From Phaeosaccion multiseriatum (taxonomy: Eukaryota > Protista > Ochrophyta, other classes), in NCBI GenBank assembly GCA_965112735.1, contig OZ218956.1:558001-622000 (forward strand): 64,000 nucleotides of DNA, read 5' to 3'. The notes beneath the pieces are model-generated. The model saw only the letters and a list, made by a program, of their open reading frames with translations, made no database searches and had not been told where the DNA came from. Of this stretch, positions 41,072-55,146 are shown piece by piece. Numbering within the stretch: position 1 is the first letter of the stretch; every line of letters begins with the position of its first letter. Both the position numbers and the translations under genes were made by a program.

Positions 41072-44000
41072 ATGGCGGCCATGGCGGATGTCATCCCCGG
41101 CGAGCTTGATCGCACGGAGGGGGACGAGTCCTCTCCGGCAGCGGTGGGAGGAGGCGAAGCTACGGCGGGCATAGATGGGGGCGGTGGCGTCGGTGACGGG
41201 GGGGAAGGGGGCGACCGTGGAGGAGGGGCGGTCTCGGCAGCAGGGGGAGTGGGACCTAGAGGGGGGAGGGGGAGCGGGAAGCAGACCGCGCCCATATCTA
41301 GCTACGAGCTGCTGTCGGCGGCGTTTCGAGAGATTCGAAGCAAAGGTAAGTCGACGGCCGCAGTGGCAGTGCTGACCGGAAGCCGCATATCCAACGCATG
41401 GCTTGACCAAGTTCGCCGAAGTGAATGACCAATAGGCCCTCTTAAGTTTTGACTCGTATCGCGTGCTACCCCCGTTTGCCGCCTCGTACGTCCAGGCTTG
41501 CATTCGACGGGCCTCTTCCGGCAGGCCGCCGCCGTGACGGACATCCGAGAGCTGGACGCGAGGGTGAAGGAGGAAGGCCTATTTAAGCTCAAGGAGGAGG
41601 AGAGCCCCTACTTACTAGGAGGTAGGAAGAGATAGAGAGCGGCATGGACCCGTTGTTGCTTCTCCGTCTGCTCCTTCCATGCTGGAAGCACTCCATACCC
41701 TCTCCTCTCCTCTCCTCTCCAGGTGGTTCTGGTTTGGATGTACCCGCCCTATTCAGCCCCTGACAAGGGAGCCAACAGCCAATTGCTCACCAATCAAATC
41801 GAATGATGCATTGCCCTTGCAGGTCTGGTGGTGTGGCACCTGCGCAACCTACAGGAGCCGCTCATCCCCTTCAGACTGTACGACCTCGTCGTGCACGCAG
41901 GGCAATGCGGCCTCAAGGAGGAGGGAGAGGGCGGGGGTGGGGAGGACGGACAAGGTGTGTAACATGTCATGTAGCATGCCATGTGGTGCAGGGGTAGGAG
42001 GAGGGTAGCATGAGGCAGGCGGTGAGGTGGTGATATGGTAATGTGGAGGGGCGATGCACACGCGGTCGCTTTGCGCGTGTGTGTGTGTGCCTTTCCCACT
42101 CCCACTGCTCTTCCTCCTTGTGCGCACCTCCATCGGGATCTGTCTGATGCTCCCCTCTGTTTCTCTCTCTGCGGCTCCTGTTCTTGTCTCAGGGGATTGC
42201 AAGGTGAGCGACGCCTCAGACGATGAGGACGACAATGAAGAGGACGACGGCGATGACAACAAGCTCATGGGCATGCAAACACGGCGGAGGGGGAGGGGGA
42301 TGAGGGCGGGGAGGGGGGCGGACAGCGACGGCAAGTACGGCAGCGATGAAGAGAGGTGCGTCGTGCGTGGGCGTGTGCGTGTTCATGGGCAGGCGGTAGA
42401 CGAGATGGAGGAAGGAGGTGCCCAGGGACGGGGACGAACGGGAGGCAGGCAGCGAGCACACCCCGCCTTGTGCCCTCCTGCTGGGCAGTACCGAGGCAAT
42501 GGGCAGTACCGAGGCAATCGTCCTCCCGTCGGCACTATCCAGTCCCTGGCGCTCTTGCTGCCGTCGCTCCTCACTCTCTCCCATTCTCCCTCTCTCTCTT
42601 TCATTCTCCGCCTCTTCCCCCCCCCCTCTCTGCTCCGAGCAGCGAAGGCAGCAAGAGCGCCGAGGCGGAGGACGCTGACGCGGACATGTCTTCGCTGGAC
42701 AGCCGCGACAGCGCAGACAGCCACAGCCCGAGAGGGTCAAGAGGAAGGCAACACAGGTGCACCTACTTTCCGGCCTACCTACCTACCTACCTACCTACCC
42801 ACCTACCTACCTACCTACCTTCCTTCCTACCTGTCTACCTACCTACCTACCTACCCACCTACCTACCCACCTACCTACATACCTACATACCTACCCACCC
42901 GCCTATCCACATACCTGCCTGCTTGCCTGCTTGCGTGCCTTCCTGCGTACCCACCTTCCTGCCTTCCTACCTACCTACCTACCTATTTACCGACCTACCT
43001 ACCTACCTACCCACCTACCTGCCTGCCTGCCTGTCTGCCTACCTACCTCTGGCCTGGCCGACTGCCGCCGCTGTCCCAAGTGACGCGAGCTTACCCCCCC
43101 TCAGCCCTATCCAGTCGCTTACATTATACCCCTTGCCTTCTCTCTCTTGCTCCATCCTTCTCTTTCTCCGCCCCCCCCCCCCTCCCCCTCCTCTCTCTCT
43201 CAGAGCCATCTCCAGCCGACTGTTACAGAACTTCGTGGCGCAAATGCCCGAACGCTCTTGCCAGCTGCTGTACCTGCTGCTGGATTTCTTGCATCAAGTA
43301 GCGAGCTTGAGTTATGTCAACGAAATGCCCGCAGACGCCCTTGCCCAAGTGTTCGCCCCCGTGCTGTGCCGCCCCCAGGGAAGCGCCTTCATGTCTCTGC
43401 GGCATGTGCAGGTGTGTGGGCTTGGGCCTGGGTGGGTATTCTTGGATGTTGTCCACCTCGATTCGCCGTCTCGATGCCTTGATTGATAGGCGGATGGATG
43501 GATAATAGATATGTGATAGATACTGACAATTGAGGAAAGTCATTCGAACGGAAGCTGAAACTTGGAACCTGTCACCTCTAAATGACACACTGCAACTGCA
43601 AACTGCACACCGAACCCTGTGACATGCTGTGTGCACCACAGGACCTCAAGAAGATCCATCTCGTGGTGCTGGCGCTCATCGAGGATCCTTCCGTCGTGGA
43701 ATACAACGACCTTCGGGCTCTTCAGCTGCTGCAGCACAGCACCCCGGACAGGAGGGACCATGACCACACGGGGCTGTTGTCGCTCTCTCCGCCGAGGAGT
43801 CCGGGCGGCGGGAGGGGGGAGGGAGGGTTGCATTTGTCGCTCACACGCACCTCCATGTCGGGGAGGGTGCGCAAGAGTGGGCTGCATGAGATCAATCTGT
43901 TGCAGAGGCTGCTGAATGACAGGTGAGTGAGTGAGTGAGTGACTGACTGACTGACAGAGTGGGTGGGTGGGTGGGTGGGTGGGTGGGTGAGTGACTGAGG

Positions 44001-45168
44001 GCGTGAGGGAGGGAGTGAATGGGTGAGTGAGTGACTGAGTGAGTGACTGAGTGAGGGAGTGAGTGAGTGGGTGAGTGGGTGAGTGAGTGAGTGGGGGTGG
44101 GGTGGAATGGTGAGGGGGGGGGGGTTGAGGTCAAGTCACCAGTCGAATGTCAGCCAGACACCAGTCAGATGTTAGCCAGACACCAGCCTGTGTGGTTTGG
44201 TCTGGTCTGGCCGCGGGGAGGAGGGACGTGGGTGGGCTGCTGCTGGCCATCCATCGGAGGGGGGCGGCACATACACCAGTGCTGCAAGCATGGAGAGAGA
44301 GCCTGAGGGAGCGAAGCTCGTACCCCCCCATCTCACGCCTTAATCCTCCAATCCTCTTAACCTTCCTCCCTTCCCCCTCCCTCCCCTCTTACCCGCCCTT
44401 GTCCGGGTCAGTGTGAGTCTTCTCTTCTATGACGACCTTTCCGATGGCGACGACGAGGAGGAGGAGGATGTGGTGGTGATGGGGGAAGCCGGGGCGAGCC
44501 GAGTCGGGCAGGAGGGAATGCGGACAGAAGGGGAGGAGCAGGACCCAGAGGTTGTGAGGGAGAGCGGAGACAAGGGCGCAGGAGGAGGAAGGGGAGGAGG
44601 AGGGGTAGCAGATCCATCAGGAGTGTTGGATATGGTGACCAGCCCCGGGAGTGGGGATGGAGGGGATGGAGGCTGGACTAGAGACAGCCGGGGAGGCGGT
44701 GAGGGCAGCAGCCAAGGGAGAAGAGAGGCCTCCTCCTCGTCGTCCTCCTTTGGAGGAGAGGGGGGGAGGGCCGGAGGACGTCCCTTCGAAAGGAAGAGAA
44801 GCCGCAGAGGGATGGCGGCGGTAGCCATCGGAGCCAACGGAGAGGGGAAGGAGCAGCAGGGAGGAAGTGGGAGCGGGAGTGGCGGAGGCGGGAGCCGCGG
44901 CTATTCAATGAGCGTAGTGACGGGCAAGTCGAAGCTACTTCAGCTGATGAAGGCCCCACCGCCGCCGGAAAGGGGCACCCCCGAGTACCATCACCACCTC
45001 AGCACCACGAACTCGGCGTCTTCGCTCAACAGCGGTGGAAACTTGCATCACTCTCTGTCCCACAGTGGGCATCACGGCCATCATCACGACGGAGGAGGAG
45101 GAGGCAGGGACCCCTCGGGCCTTAGGTGAGGGAGAGGCATGGAAGGGAGAGAGGGAGACAGACAGAGT

Positions 45169-45232
<64 letters not shown>

Positions 45233-45691
45233 GGCGGGGGGCATTCACTCAGCTCGGCTCTGATCATGTCATGCCTTGCCTTGCCTTTTCCTCCATTCGG
45301 GGCTTTGCCCTTTGCCTCGATTCAATGCTTGGTGCCTGAGTGCCTTATTCCTCCTCCTTGCCTCGCCCGCCACTGACGGTCAACCCCCCCCCCCCCCACC
45401 CCATCCACTGCCACCCTCCAGCTACAGCTTCCTGTGCGTGGAGGACACTCTGGAGGGTCTGACGGACCGCAGGAGGATGGTCAAGGCTTGTCGAGCCTTG
45501 CGCTCGCAGATCAGGCACTATGAGGACGCCTTCCTCGGCATGCACGGACACCTGCCCAAGGGTGAGTGAGCAGCCCCACACTAGACCGGGAGTCTCTCTC
45601 TCTCTCTGTGTCTCTCTCCCTCTCTCTCTCTCTCTCTCCCGCTCTCTCTCTCTCTCTCTGTGTCTCTCTCCCTCTCTCTCTCTCTCTCCCG

Positions 45692-45722
<31 letters not shown>

Positions 45723-45793
45723 CCTCTCTCTCTCTCTCTCCCGCTCTCTCTCTCTCTCTCTGTGTGTCTCTCTCCCTCTCTCTCTCTCTCCCG

Positions 45794-45840
<47 letters not shown>

Positions 45841-48644
45841 GTTCGCGACCACCGGCGCCCGCCCGACTATTGCCCACTCTTTCAATGCTGTCCAGCTACT
45901 CACTTGATTGGCCCCCTTCCCTTCCCTTCCGTCCAATGTGCTTGCCGACTGCCCCACACGACGCCCGCGCACGCGCGTGTGTGTTGTATGTGTGTGTATG
46001 CGTACACTGGTGGTATGTGTGTGTATGCGTACACTGGTGGGTATGTGTGTGTATGCGTACACTGGTGGTATGTGTGTGTATGCGTACACTGGTGGTATGT
46101 GTGTGTATGCGTACACTGGTGGTATGTGTGTGTATGCGTACACTGTGTACACTGGTGGTATGTGTGTGTATGCGTACACTGGTGGTATGTGTGTGTATGC
46201 GTACACTGGTGGTATGTGTGTGTATGCGTACACTGTGTACACTGGTGGCCGTAACAGGGAGAGAGCGCGCTCCGCTAGCCTCGACGTACGCCCAGTACAA
46301 GCGCTGGAAAAAGCTTGTGAGGAACGACGCAGCTACGCAGGTTAGTGAGCAAGCGAGGACGCGGCCAGAGAGGGAGAGAGGGAGGAAGTTAGTGGGGGGA
46401 AAGGGAGCAACGCAGAGACGTGGTGCTACGAAGTCCTGCGAAGTGCTGCTCCTCTTTTTTGTGTGTGTGGCTTTGCATCATCTCCTCTCTCTCTTTCTCT
46501 TTCTTATCCCCCTTTCTCTCTCTCCGTTTCGCTCTTTCTTTCTCTCCGTCTCTGTCTCCCCCCTCTCTCTCGCTCCCTCCCTCCCTCCTCCCCCCCCAGA
46601 TGCAAGCCCTCGTGCGAAGGTTCCTGGTGCGTAAGGCCTACCCCGGCATGTCCAAGAAGAGCCGAAGCGAGAACAAGAACAGGATGTGGTTTGTCAATCG
46701 AAGGGGCAAGACCAGCTCCAGGCAGGCGGGCGCTGAGGCTGGCGGAGGTGGGGCTGATATGGTGGCAGGGGCGGCCGCAGGGGCAGCGGCGGCAGCAGCA
46801 GCGGCGGTAGGAGGGGCGGCACGGATGGATCTCGATGAATCCTTTGGAGAGCCGCTCTCCCCCGGGCCGGGGTTACAGACACCGAGAACTGCGAGCAGGT
46901 GAGCGAGAGGAAAGCCCGTCTGTCCGTCATGCAGTGTTTGTCTGTCTGTCTGTCTGTCTGTCTATGTGTGTGTGTGTATGTGTGTGTCGCGGTCTGTCCG
47001 TCAGTCGATCTTTACTTGCGTGTGTGACACGGCACGCTTCCTGGACTGGTAGGGGAGGGACCGAGAGATTCAAGAGGCGTAACAAGGCCGTGCTTGCCGG
47101 ACACGGCACTGCACTGCCCAGCGCTGTCCACGACCCAAGGCCCCTCAAAACAATACCCGATCCCCCCTCCTCACTCTATCTGCGTTGGTTCACGCGTTGG
47201 TTCTCCCATTGTTCTATCGTCTGTCGTCTGTCTCGTCTCTCTCTTGTCCGCCTAAGGTACTGGGAGGAATTCATGTCTTCAACAAGAAGCAGCTCCGATG
47301 TGGGCGGACACATGTCGCCCCTCCCCACCGGGGTCATGCGCATCAGTGCCAGCTCACCAAGAGGGGACGCTGCTGTCTCTTCGCCTCTGCCGCTGCAGCT
47401 CAACGGCATTCGCAAGGACGGGGAGGGAGGAGCGGGAGGGGATGGGGCCCTCGCCAGCAGCAACAGCACTTTCGGCTTGGGGGATGGGGGGGGGGTGTCT
47501 GCCGGGGGTGTGCTGCAGCGGGACCAGCAGCAGCAGAGCAGCGACGGAGGGGGGGGGGGTATGGGTGATAGTAGCAGTAGTATGGGGATGGAGGGAGGAG
47601 CGGCAGCAGCAGGGGCGAGCACGGGGGGGGCGAGTGCCGCCGCCGCAGCAGAGGAGGACCCTGCCCTCAAGCTGCAGGTGCGTGCGTGTGTGTGTGCGTG
47701 CGTGTGTGCGTGCGTGTGTGCGTGCGTGTGTGCGTGCGTGCGTGTGTGCGTGCGTGTGTGCGTGTGTGCTTGCGTGTATGGGCGTTCCGAGTGGGCGAGG
47801 CTGGTGAAATGGGCTCCCTTGGGAATTGGGGGTGGGGAGGGTGTGCTTCTCTGTGGGTACATGGGCGGGAGATGAGGGAGGGCCTGCCTGACACCTAATG
47901 CCTGCTACCTTACCCTTGACACCCCACGGACCTGTGGTATCTGACACCTGCTACTACTACCTTTATAGGCCCTGATGGAGGGCAAGAAGGAGGTCAAGGC
48001 CAAACTCAAGGAGTTCGACATGCGCTTCTACGAGGCGGTGAGTGCGTGAGATAGCCTCACAGATGGTGGGGGAGGGAGGATTGGCCCCTACCTTACCCTT
48101 TACCTCATGTGATTCACACACGACCTTACCTTTTCGGCCGTCCACCCTCCCTCCCATTCATCCCCTCTCCCTCCCTCCCTTGCAGCACCACCGGCTGCCC
48201 ACCAAGTCGGAGAAGGAGCCCATGCGAGCGCTGTACGACGAGTACAACCGGCTGAAGGACGGCATTAGAGAGACAGAGACAGCCATCAAGAGGGCAGCAG
48301 CCGCAGGGGCAGGGGCAGGGGTGCCCGTGGCCGTGCCCGTCTCCGGCGAGTATGCGATTGCAAGTACTGGCGGTAAGGGGGGGCGGCTGGCGGTACCAGC
48401 ACCTGCTGCCGATGGTGCTGCTGCTGCTGCTGCTGGTGGTGGTGGTGGTGGTGGTGGTGGTGGTGGTGGTGGTGCTGCTGCTCCTCCTGCTGCTGCTGCT
48501 GCCGTGAGCGAGCCAGCTGCGGCTACTGCTGCTGCTGCTACTACGGCAGCAGAAAGTGCTGCCACTGTGACCGAAATGGAAGTAGACACGGATGTACCAC
48601 CAATAACGAAGGTCAGCAAGGCAGCAATAGCGGGGGGCAGCGGC

Positions 48645-48681
<37 letters not shown>

Positions 48682-50956
48682 CGGGTACTGTCAGTATGGG
48701 TACTGGGGGTATGGGCGAGGCGGCGAGTGCAGCGAGTGCGACGACTTCGGCGACTGAGCAGCGGGGGAGGCGGAGTGGGAGCAGGACAGGCGCCGCAGAG
48801 GTACGGCGTGTCAGGACAGGGAACGGAGAATGTAGAGGTCGATATGTGGGCTCGATTTTGGCATGTAGAGCTCCATATTTGACCCCTCTATTTGGTCGAG
48901 GTGGGGGGGGGGAGGACTACGCTGCGCTCATTGCTCTGCCCGCTTGCTTGCCCCTTCCTCCTGCCCCTTATCTTCTGTGTCTGTCTGTCTGTCTGTCCGT
49001 CTGTCTATCTATCTGTCTCTCTGTCTCTTGTGTGTCATCTCCTCAATACGACGATCAGGTGGATGTGGAGCAGCTGAAGCGCGACAAGAAGGCACTCCAT
49101 GTCATGCTCAAAGCCTTTGAGAGGGACTTCAAGGAGAGGACAGGAAGAGAGGTGAGACATCTTCACAAGGGAATGTTTCACTTGTCACCAGGGAATGTCT
49201 CACTTGTCACAAGGGTGTGTCTCACTTGTCACAAGGGTGTGTCTCACTTGTCACAAGGGTGTGTCTCACTTGTCACAAGGGTATGTCTCACTTGTCACAA
49301 GGGTGTGTCTCACTTGTCACAAGGGAATGTCTCACTTGTCACAAGGGTGTGTCTCACTTGTCACAAGGGAATGTCTCACTTGTCACAAGGGTGTGTCTCA
49401 CTTGTCACAAGGGAATGTCTCACTTGTCACAAGGGTATGTCTCACTTGTCACAAGGGAATGTCTCACTTGTCACAAAGGAATGTCTCACTTGTCACAAGG
49501 GTGTGTCTCACTTGTCACAAGGGAATGTCTCACTTGTCACAAGGGTGTGTCTCACTTGTCACAAGGGTATGTCTCACTTGTCACAAGGGAATGTCTCACT
49601 TGTCACAAAGGAATGTCTCACTTGTCACAAGGGAATGTCTCACTTGTCACAAGGGAATGTCTCACTTGTCACAAGGGTGTGTCTCACTTGTCACAAGGGT
49701 GTGTCTCACTTGTCACAAGGGTGTGTCTCACTTGTCACAAGGGTATGTCTCACTTGTCACAAGGGTGTGTCTCACTTGTCACCAGGGTATGTCTCACTTG
49801 TCACAAGGGTGTGTCTCACTTGTCACAAGGGTGTGTCTCACTTGTCACAAGGGTGTGTCTCACTTGTCACAAGGGTGTGTCTCACTTGTCACAAGGGTGT
49901 GTCTCACTTGTCACAAGGGTGTGTCTCACTTGTCACAAGGGTGTGTCTCACTTGTCACAAGGGTATGTCTCACTTGTCACAAGGGTATGTCTCACTTGTC
50001 ACCAGGGTATGTCTCACTTGTCACAAGGGTGTGTCTCACTTGTCACAAGGGTATGTCTCACTTGTCACCAGGGTATGTCTCACTTGTCACAAGGGTGTGT
50101 CTCACTTGTCACAAGGGTGTGTCTCACTTGTCACAAGGGTGTGTCTCACTTGTCACAAGGGTGTGTCTCACTTGTCACAAGGGTATGTCTCACTTGTCAC
50201 AAGGGTGTGTCTCACTTGTCACCAGGGTATGTCTCACTTGTCACAAGGGTGTGTCTCACTTGTCACAAGGGTGTGTCTCACTTGTCACAAGGGTGTGTCT
50301 CACTTGTCACAAGGGTGTGTCTCACTTGTCACAAGGGTATGTCTCACTTGTCACAAGGGTGTGTCTCACTTGTCACAAGGGTGTGTCTCACTTGTCACAA
50401 GGGTGTGTCTCACTTGTCACAAGGGTATGTCTCACATGCACGGCCATCAGGAGGTGACAGACAGGGCTTGGGGTGGCTTTCATTGGATCGGAGGTGGCGT
50501 GGTGCTTACTTAACTTTTTTCAGATGCCAGCCCTGTGGCTTGCTTCATTCACAGTGTATGTATGCTTACGTATCCCACCCCCAACGAATGACCAACTCAC
50601 ACAGGTGGCAAGTCCAGAAGACATCCGCAGCGTGGAGGCCGAGTACCAGCGCTATAAGGAAATCAAGGTACGTAACGGTGGTAAGGTGACGTAAGAGAGA
50701 CCCTCCAAAGGCACACTATCTTGTCTAGTCAATCTGCCGCAAGCCGCAGTTGCTGCTCGAGCCCCCCTCGCTGACTTACTGAATCCCCTCTGACGAGCTC
50801 TCCGCCTCCTCGCCTTGCGCTTCCTTCCTTCCTTGCTTCCTTCCTTCCTTCCTTCCCACATACCCGGCCATCTGGACCTGTTTGTCCTCCTTCGTCTGTG
50901 ATTTGATTTACAAACAACAGCGGAAATTGGCCCGTCTCTCCACAGCAGGGCATTGA
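41072..50956 (+). CDS. FAM13-like RhoGAP protein with IQ motif, spliced
   Basis: GLFR arginine-finger segment, VNEMPADALAQVFAPVL, three FAM13-type repeats (e.g. KKALHVMLKAFERDFKERTGRE|VASPEDIRSVEAEYQRYKEIK), AATQ|MQALVRRFLVRK; last exon RKLARLSTAGH*. Confidence 0.8.
45986..46247. repeat. 27-bp minisatellite (tatgtgtgtgtatgcgtacactggtgg), about 9 copies, just before an acceptor
   Basis: Direct observation; preceded by a (CT)n-rich block at 45593-45840. Confidence 0.93.
49163..50434. repeat. 22-bp minisatellite TGTCTCACTTGTCACAAGGG(TG/TA/AA), about 58 copies, in intron 49152-50604
   Basis: Head-to-tail units with no spacers. Confidence 0.98.
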
Positions 50957-51393
50957 GGGGAGGAGGAGGAGGAGGAGGAGGAGGAGAAGGAAAATGGAGG
51001 AGAGCCCGGAGGAGGAGCCTATCAACGAGGACCAAGGCGAGCGAAGCAACAGTAGCAGTAGCAGCAGCAGTTGGTGAACAGCAGCAGCAGCAGTTGGTGA
51101 ACAGCAGCAGCCCAGATGTCCTGCAGGCTTTCTTGACTCAACTCAGGCGAAGGAGTGTCTACCTCTGCATCCTCTCTATAATCTTCCTTCTCGCAGCGTG
51201 AGTGGGCCGCATCGTAGTGCGAAAGGCTCCCTCGTCTTGAAGCACGTGGGGGGCTGCGCGGGGGGTAGCGCCTCTACTGAACGGCCGTGGCTTTCACTGT
51301 CAAGTCCACAAAACTGTACTTCAGTCAATAAAACATAACATTACTTACTCGAGTTTGTCTCTGTGAAATGAAACAAACGAAGCACCACCCTCT

Positions 51394-52508
51394 CTACCTC
51401 CACACCTCTCCTCTGCCTATGCGCCCTGTGGGCGTGTGCGTGGGCGAGTGTGCGGTGAGGGGAGCGCGCCTAACGGGACTGCGGCTTCGTGAGTGTGTGG
51501 GCGTGTGCGTGCGCAAAGGGGAGAGCGAGGGCGAGGCAGAGCGGCGCCCCAAGGGGCTCTGACTCGGGCTTCGTCTCCGAGTGGGAGTCAGGCTCCGTGC
51601 CTCGCCTCTCTCTCTCCGTCTGCCACCACCGAAGAAGGGCCTGCTCGACTGTTCGTGGTCTCCATCCTCCTCCTCCTCCTCCTCCTCCTCCTCCTCTCCC
51701 TCCCTCTCCTCCGCCAGGTGATGCTGGTGGGAGGGTGAGAGCAAAGGGTAAGGCAGGTTGAACGAGTGCTGTTCCATCTTGCGGCTCTTCCTTGTGTGCT
51801 CTCTCCACAGATGCATTGCCGTCGACTCATCGTTCACATGCAAACTCAAGCTCTGCCTCTCGAGCGAAGACAGAACACAGCGCCTCAGCTTCTGTTGGCG
51901 AGTCCACCCCCTCAGCTGCTGCTCGGTATTCTTGAGCGAGGCCGCGATACTCAGTTGCCTTGCCCGCCTTGCCCAGCGGTCCAGGGCGACTGCCAGTTGA
52001 CACCGCTGGCGACGGCGGAGGAGTACATCCCTCAACACAATGAGCCTCCTCCTATTCGCCGCATGGTCCTTCTCCTCCTCCTCCTCCTGCTGCTGCTGCT
52101 GCTGCTGCTCCTGCTGCGCCACCTCCAGAGGCTCCCCCTTCTGTTGCCATCCCTCGGTGCAAATCTCTCGACGAGCGGCCATGAGGAGCGCGGCAGTCTC
52201 TCTCGCCTCTTCGTGCCCTGCGCTGCTGCACTCAGAGAGTGGGCTCCGACTCCCAAGAGAGGGCACCCCATCTCCCCTCGGGATTGAAGCAGTCAGCAGG
52301 CTGTTGGCGGGGGTGGCAGAGGCAAACGCAGACTCCATCCCCCCCCCCTCTTCCTGCCGCCGGTGAGCCTCGCCGGCAAGTCCTACCCGTTCTGTCCCAA
52401 CCCCTCCTCCCCCTCCCCCTCCTCCTCCCCCTCGTCCCCCTCCTCCTCCTCCCCCTCGTCCCCCTCCTCCTCCTCCCCCTCGTCCCCCTCCTCCTCCTCC
52501 TCCTCCTC

Positions 52509-52539
<31 letters not shown>

Positions 52540-53441
52540 TCCACCACCTCCTCCTCCTCCTCTTCGCCACCTCTGCCACGCCAGACGCAGTCTCCTCACG
52601 TTGGCCCTCCGAGTAGCACGCTGCAGCACTTGTGCAACAAAGAAGTACCCCTCCAGAGCACTCACCTCCGCCCTCCCAAGGGCCTCTGTCTCGCCGTTCC
52701 ACTTTCGAAAGGCCCTCCTCATCGGGGCCCTCTCCTCTCCGTCTGCCCTCCGCACCAAGATCCGTGCTAGGGCTCCGTATGATGCCACTTGTCCGTATGA
52801 TGCCACTTGTCGCGCTTGCGCTCGTGCCGGGGTGGGGTCGAGGAGGCGCCCCCTCTCCCTCTCCCTCTCCCTCTCCCTCTCCCTCTCCCTCTTCCTCTCC
52901 CTCTCCCTCTCCCTCTCCACCTCCACCTGCACCTGCGCCCCTCTCCCGTCGTGGAGGAGCCTCCTCCGTGCCTCCGTCTCTGCGCCATGTTCCTCCGACA
53001 GCCGCGGAACCCGTCCAAGCGCTGACGTCAGCACCAAGGGCTCCTGTTCAGGAGACCTCGAGCCCCTCCCTTCCGTCGCCTGTATCACCAACTGCCACAG
53101 GTGCCAGGCCCTCGCCACTTGCCTGCCCTGCACCCGCCTTGCCACTCTACCGAGCACCTGAGCGAGGAAGAAGCGCCCCTCAAAGCCGCGCAGCTCCGCT
53201 CTGGCCTGTGCAGCGGCGTCCTCTCTCCATAGCCTGTTCGTTCGTTCGTTCGTTCGTTCGTCCGTTCGGGGTTAAAAGGAATGAAAGAGGGAGCAAAAGG
53301 AAAATTGACGAGTAGACAAGTTAGTGGCCAACAAGGGAAAGAGATGCTAAGTGATGCGGGGGCATTTGCGTTTGCGTTTGCGAGAACGAGAGGATGGAGG
53401 CCACCAAGGCCGCTATCGAAAAAAGAAAGAATAAAAGAGCG

Positions 53442-53498
<57 letters not shown>

Positions 53499-55115
53499 GG
53501 GCTTCGGGACAAGATTCAGCCCCTCGACGGGAGGGCAGAGGGCAGAAGGCAGGAGGCAGAAGGCAGAAGGTAGAAGGTAGAAGGTAGAAGGCAAAAGGCA
53601 GAAGGTAGAGGACAGAGGACGTGCGAAGTCACTCACTCACCGAAAGGCATTGCCCATGCGCTGTTTGACGGCACTCCGCAAGCACTGCACTGCCAACCTC
53701 GCCGCCGCGGCCTTGGCCCCCTCCCCCTGCTGCAAGCGTACTGCCTGCCGCATCTCGGCCATGGCAGTGGCGCGCCTCCACACCGCCCAGGCCCTCTGAA
53801 GTGCCCTCCTCTGTCGTCGCCGGTCCGTCCTGCCCAGGAGCTGTGCAAGGTGGAAGTATCCTTCCGTGCGACGTTCCTCTTCCCTGCCTTGGGCCTGCGT
53901 CTCCTCGCGCCAGATCCTGACACCCATCATAGTGAGAGGCGCAAGGCCAAAGGGGGGAGGGGGAGGGCTGAGATCGGCACTGATCAATCGATCGTTTGAC
54001 GAGGGCGAGGCAATGAACAACTTAAGGATGACTGAGCTCCAACGAGGGGGGGGGGGGGGGAGTGGCGGGCCGCCTCCCACTGACTTACTGCTACCAGGCA
54101 GACCTCACCCCAGTACTCAACATCAAACACTCAGGCAGTCCTTAGTCCTGTACCTCAACGCGCCGGCCATTCGCTGGCGGGCAGCCTGGAGCAGACAGCG
54201 CGTCATCACCGCAGTCGCCGCCGAGACAATGACATGCTTCCTGTGTGCCTCTTGCTCCCCCTGCCGCCGCTGCAACACCAACTGCCGCTCCTGCTCCTGC
54301 TGCTGCTGCTGCTGCTCCTGCTGCTCCTCCTGCTGCAACGCCAAGGCTGTTCGCCAGGCCCCTTCTCTCCACACCCGCCAGGCCCTTTCCTTGGCCCTCT
54401 GTTCCGCCCTCCTCGCCTGCCGCCCCAGCAGCGCCGCCACGAAGAAGCTCCCCTCCAGCGCCCGCCCTTCCTCTCGAGCGCGGGCAGCGGTCTCCTCCCT
54501 CCACAGGCCCCACGCGCCCCGCAAGGACCTCCTCCGGGCCCTCTCCACCCCCCGGCCCAGCACCTGAGCGAGGAAGAAGTTGCCCTCCAGCCGCCGCTCC
54601 TCTGCCCTGCCTTGGGCCTCTGTGACTTCCCTCCAGCGTCGCCAGAGTCTCCATGCTGTCCTCTTGTGGCGCAGAGCGGCGCTCATCCCCGCCCTTGCGA
54701 GTGCCGACAGCGCCGCCCCTTGCCAGTGTTGCTGCTGTATCACCAACTGCTCCTGCTGTTCCATCCTAACAATGACGCTCTCCTTGCCTGCCCTCTCCGC
54801 CTCCAAGTCTCTCCGCAGCTGCCCCGCCTCCCTCGTCTTCTCCTCAAGCTCCTTCGCAAGGTGCAGTCTCTGCCTCCTGCCCGCCCTCCTGCCCGCCTCT
54901 GCCCTCCACACACCCCACGCCCTACGTACACCTCTGTCTTCCCAACCTCGTATCACCCTCGCCACTCCCGCAAGGCGCGCCCTCGTTGCCTCCTCCTGCT
55001 GCTGCCACCCGCCAACAACAGGTGCCCCCTTCTCTACGTCGCCGTCTCCTCCCTGCTTCCCACGCCGGCGCTTTCTCCCTAACGTTACCACTTGCTCCTC
55101 CTCCTCCTCCTCCTC

Positions 55116-55146
<31 letters not shown>

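Noticed and set aside
42757-46634. Low-complexity ORFs (PTYL, SL, VCVCMRTL repeats)
   Set aside because: Translations of intronic micro- and minisatellites in the FAM13-like gene.
49163-50434. CRISPR array or multiheme cytochrome c gene
   Set aside because: No unique spacers and no cas genes. The array lies in a GT-AG intron whose removal restores a FAM13 repeat, and CLTCH appears in all frames because the unit is 22 bp.
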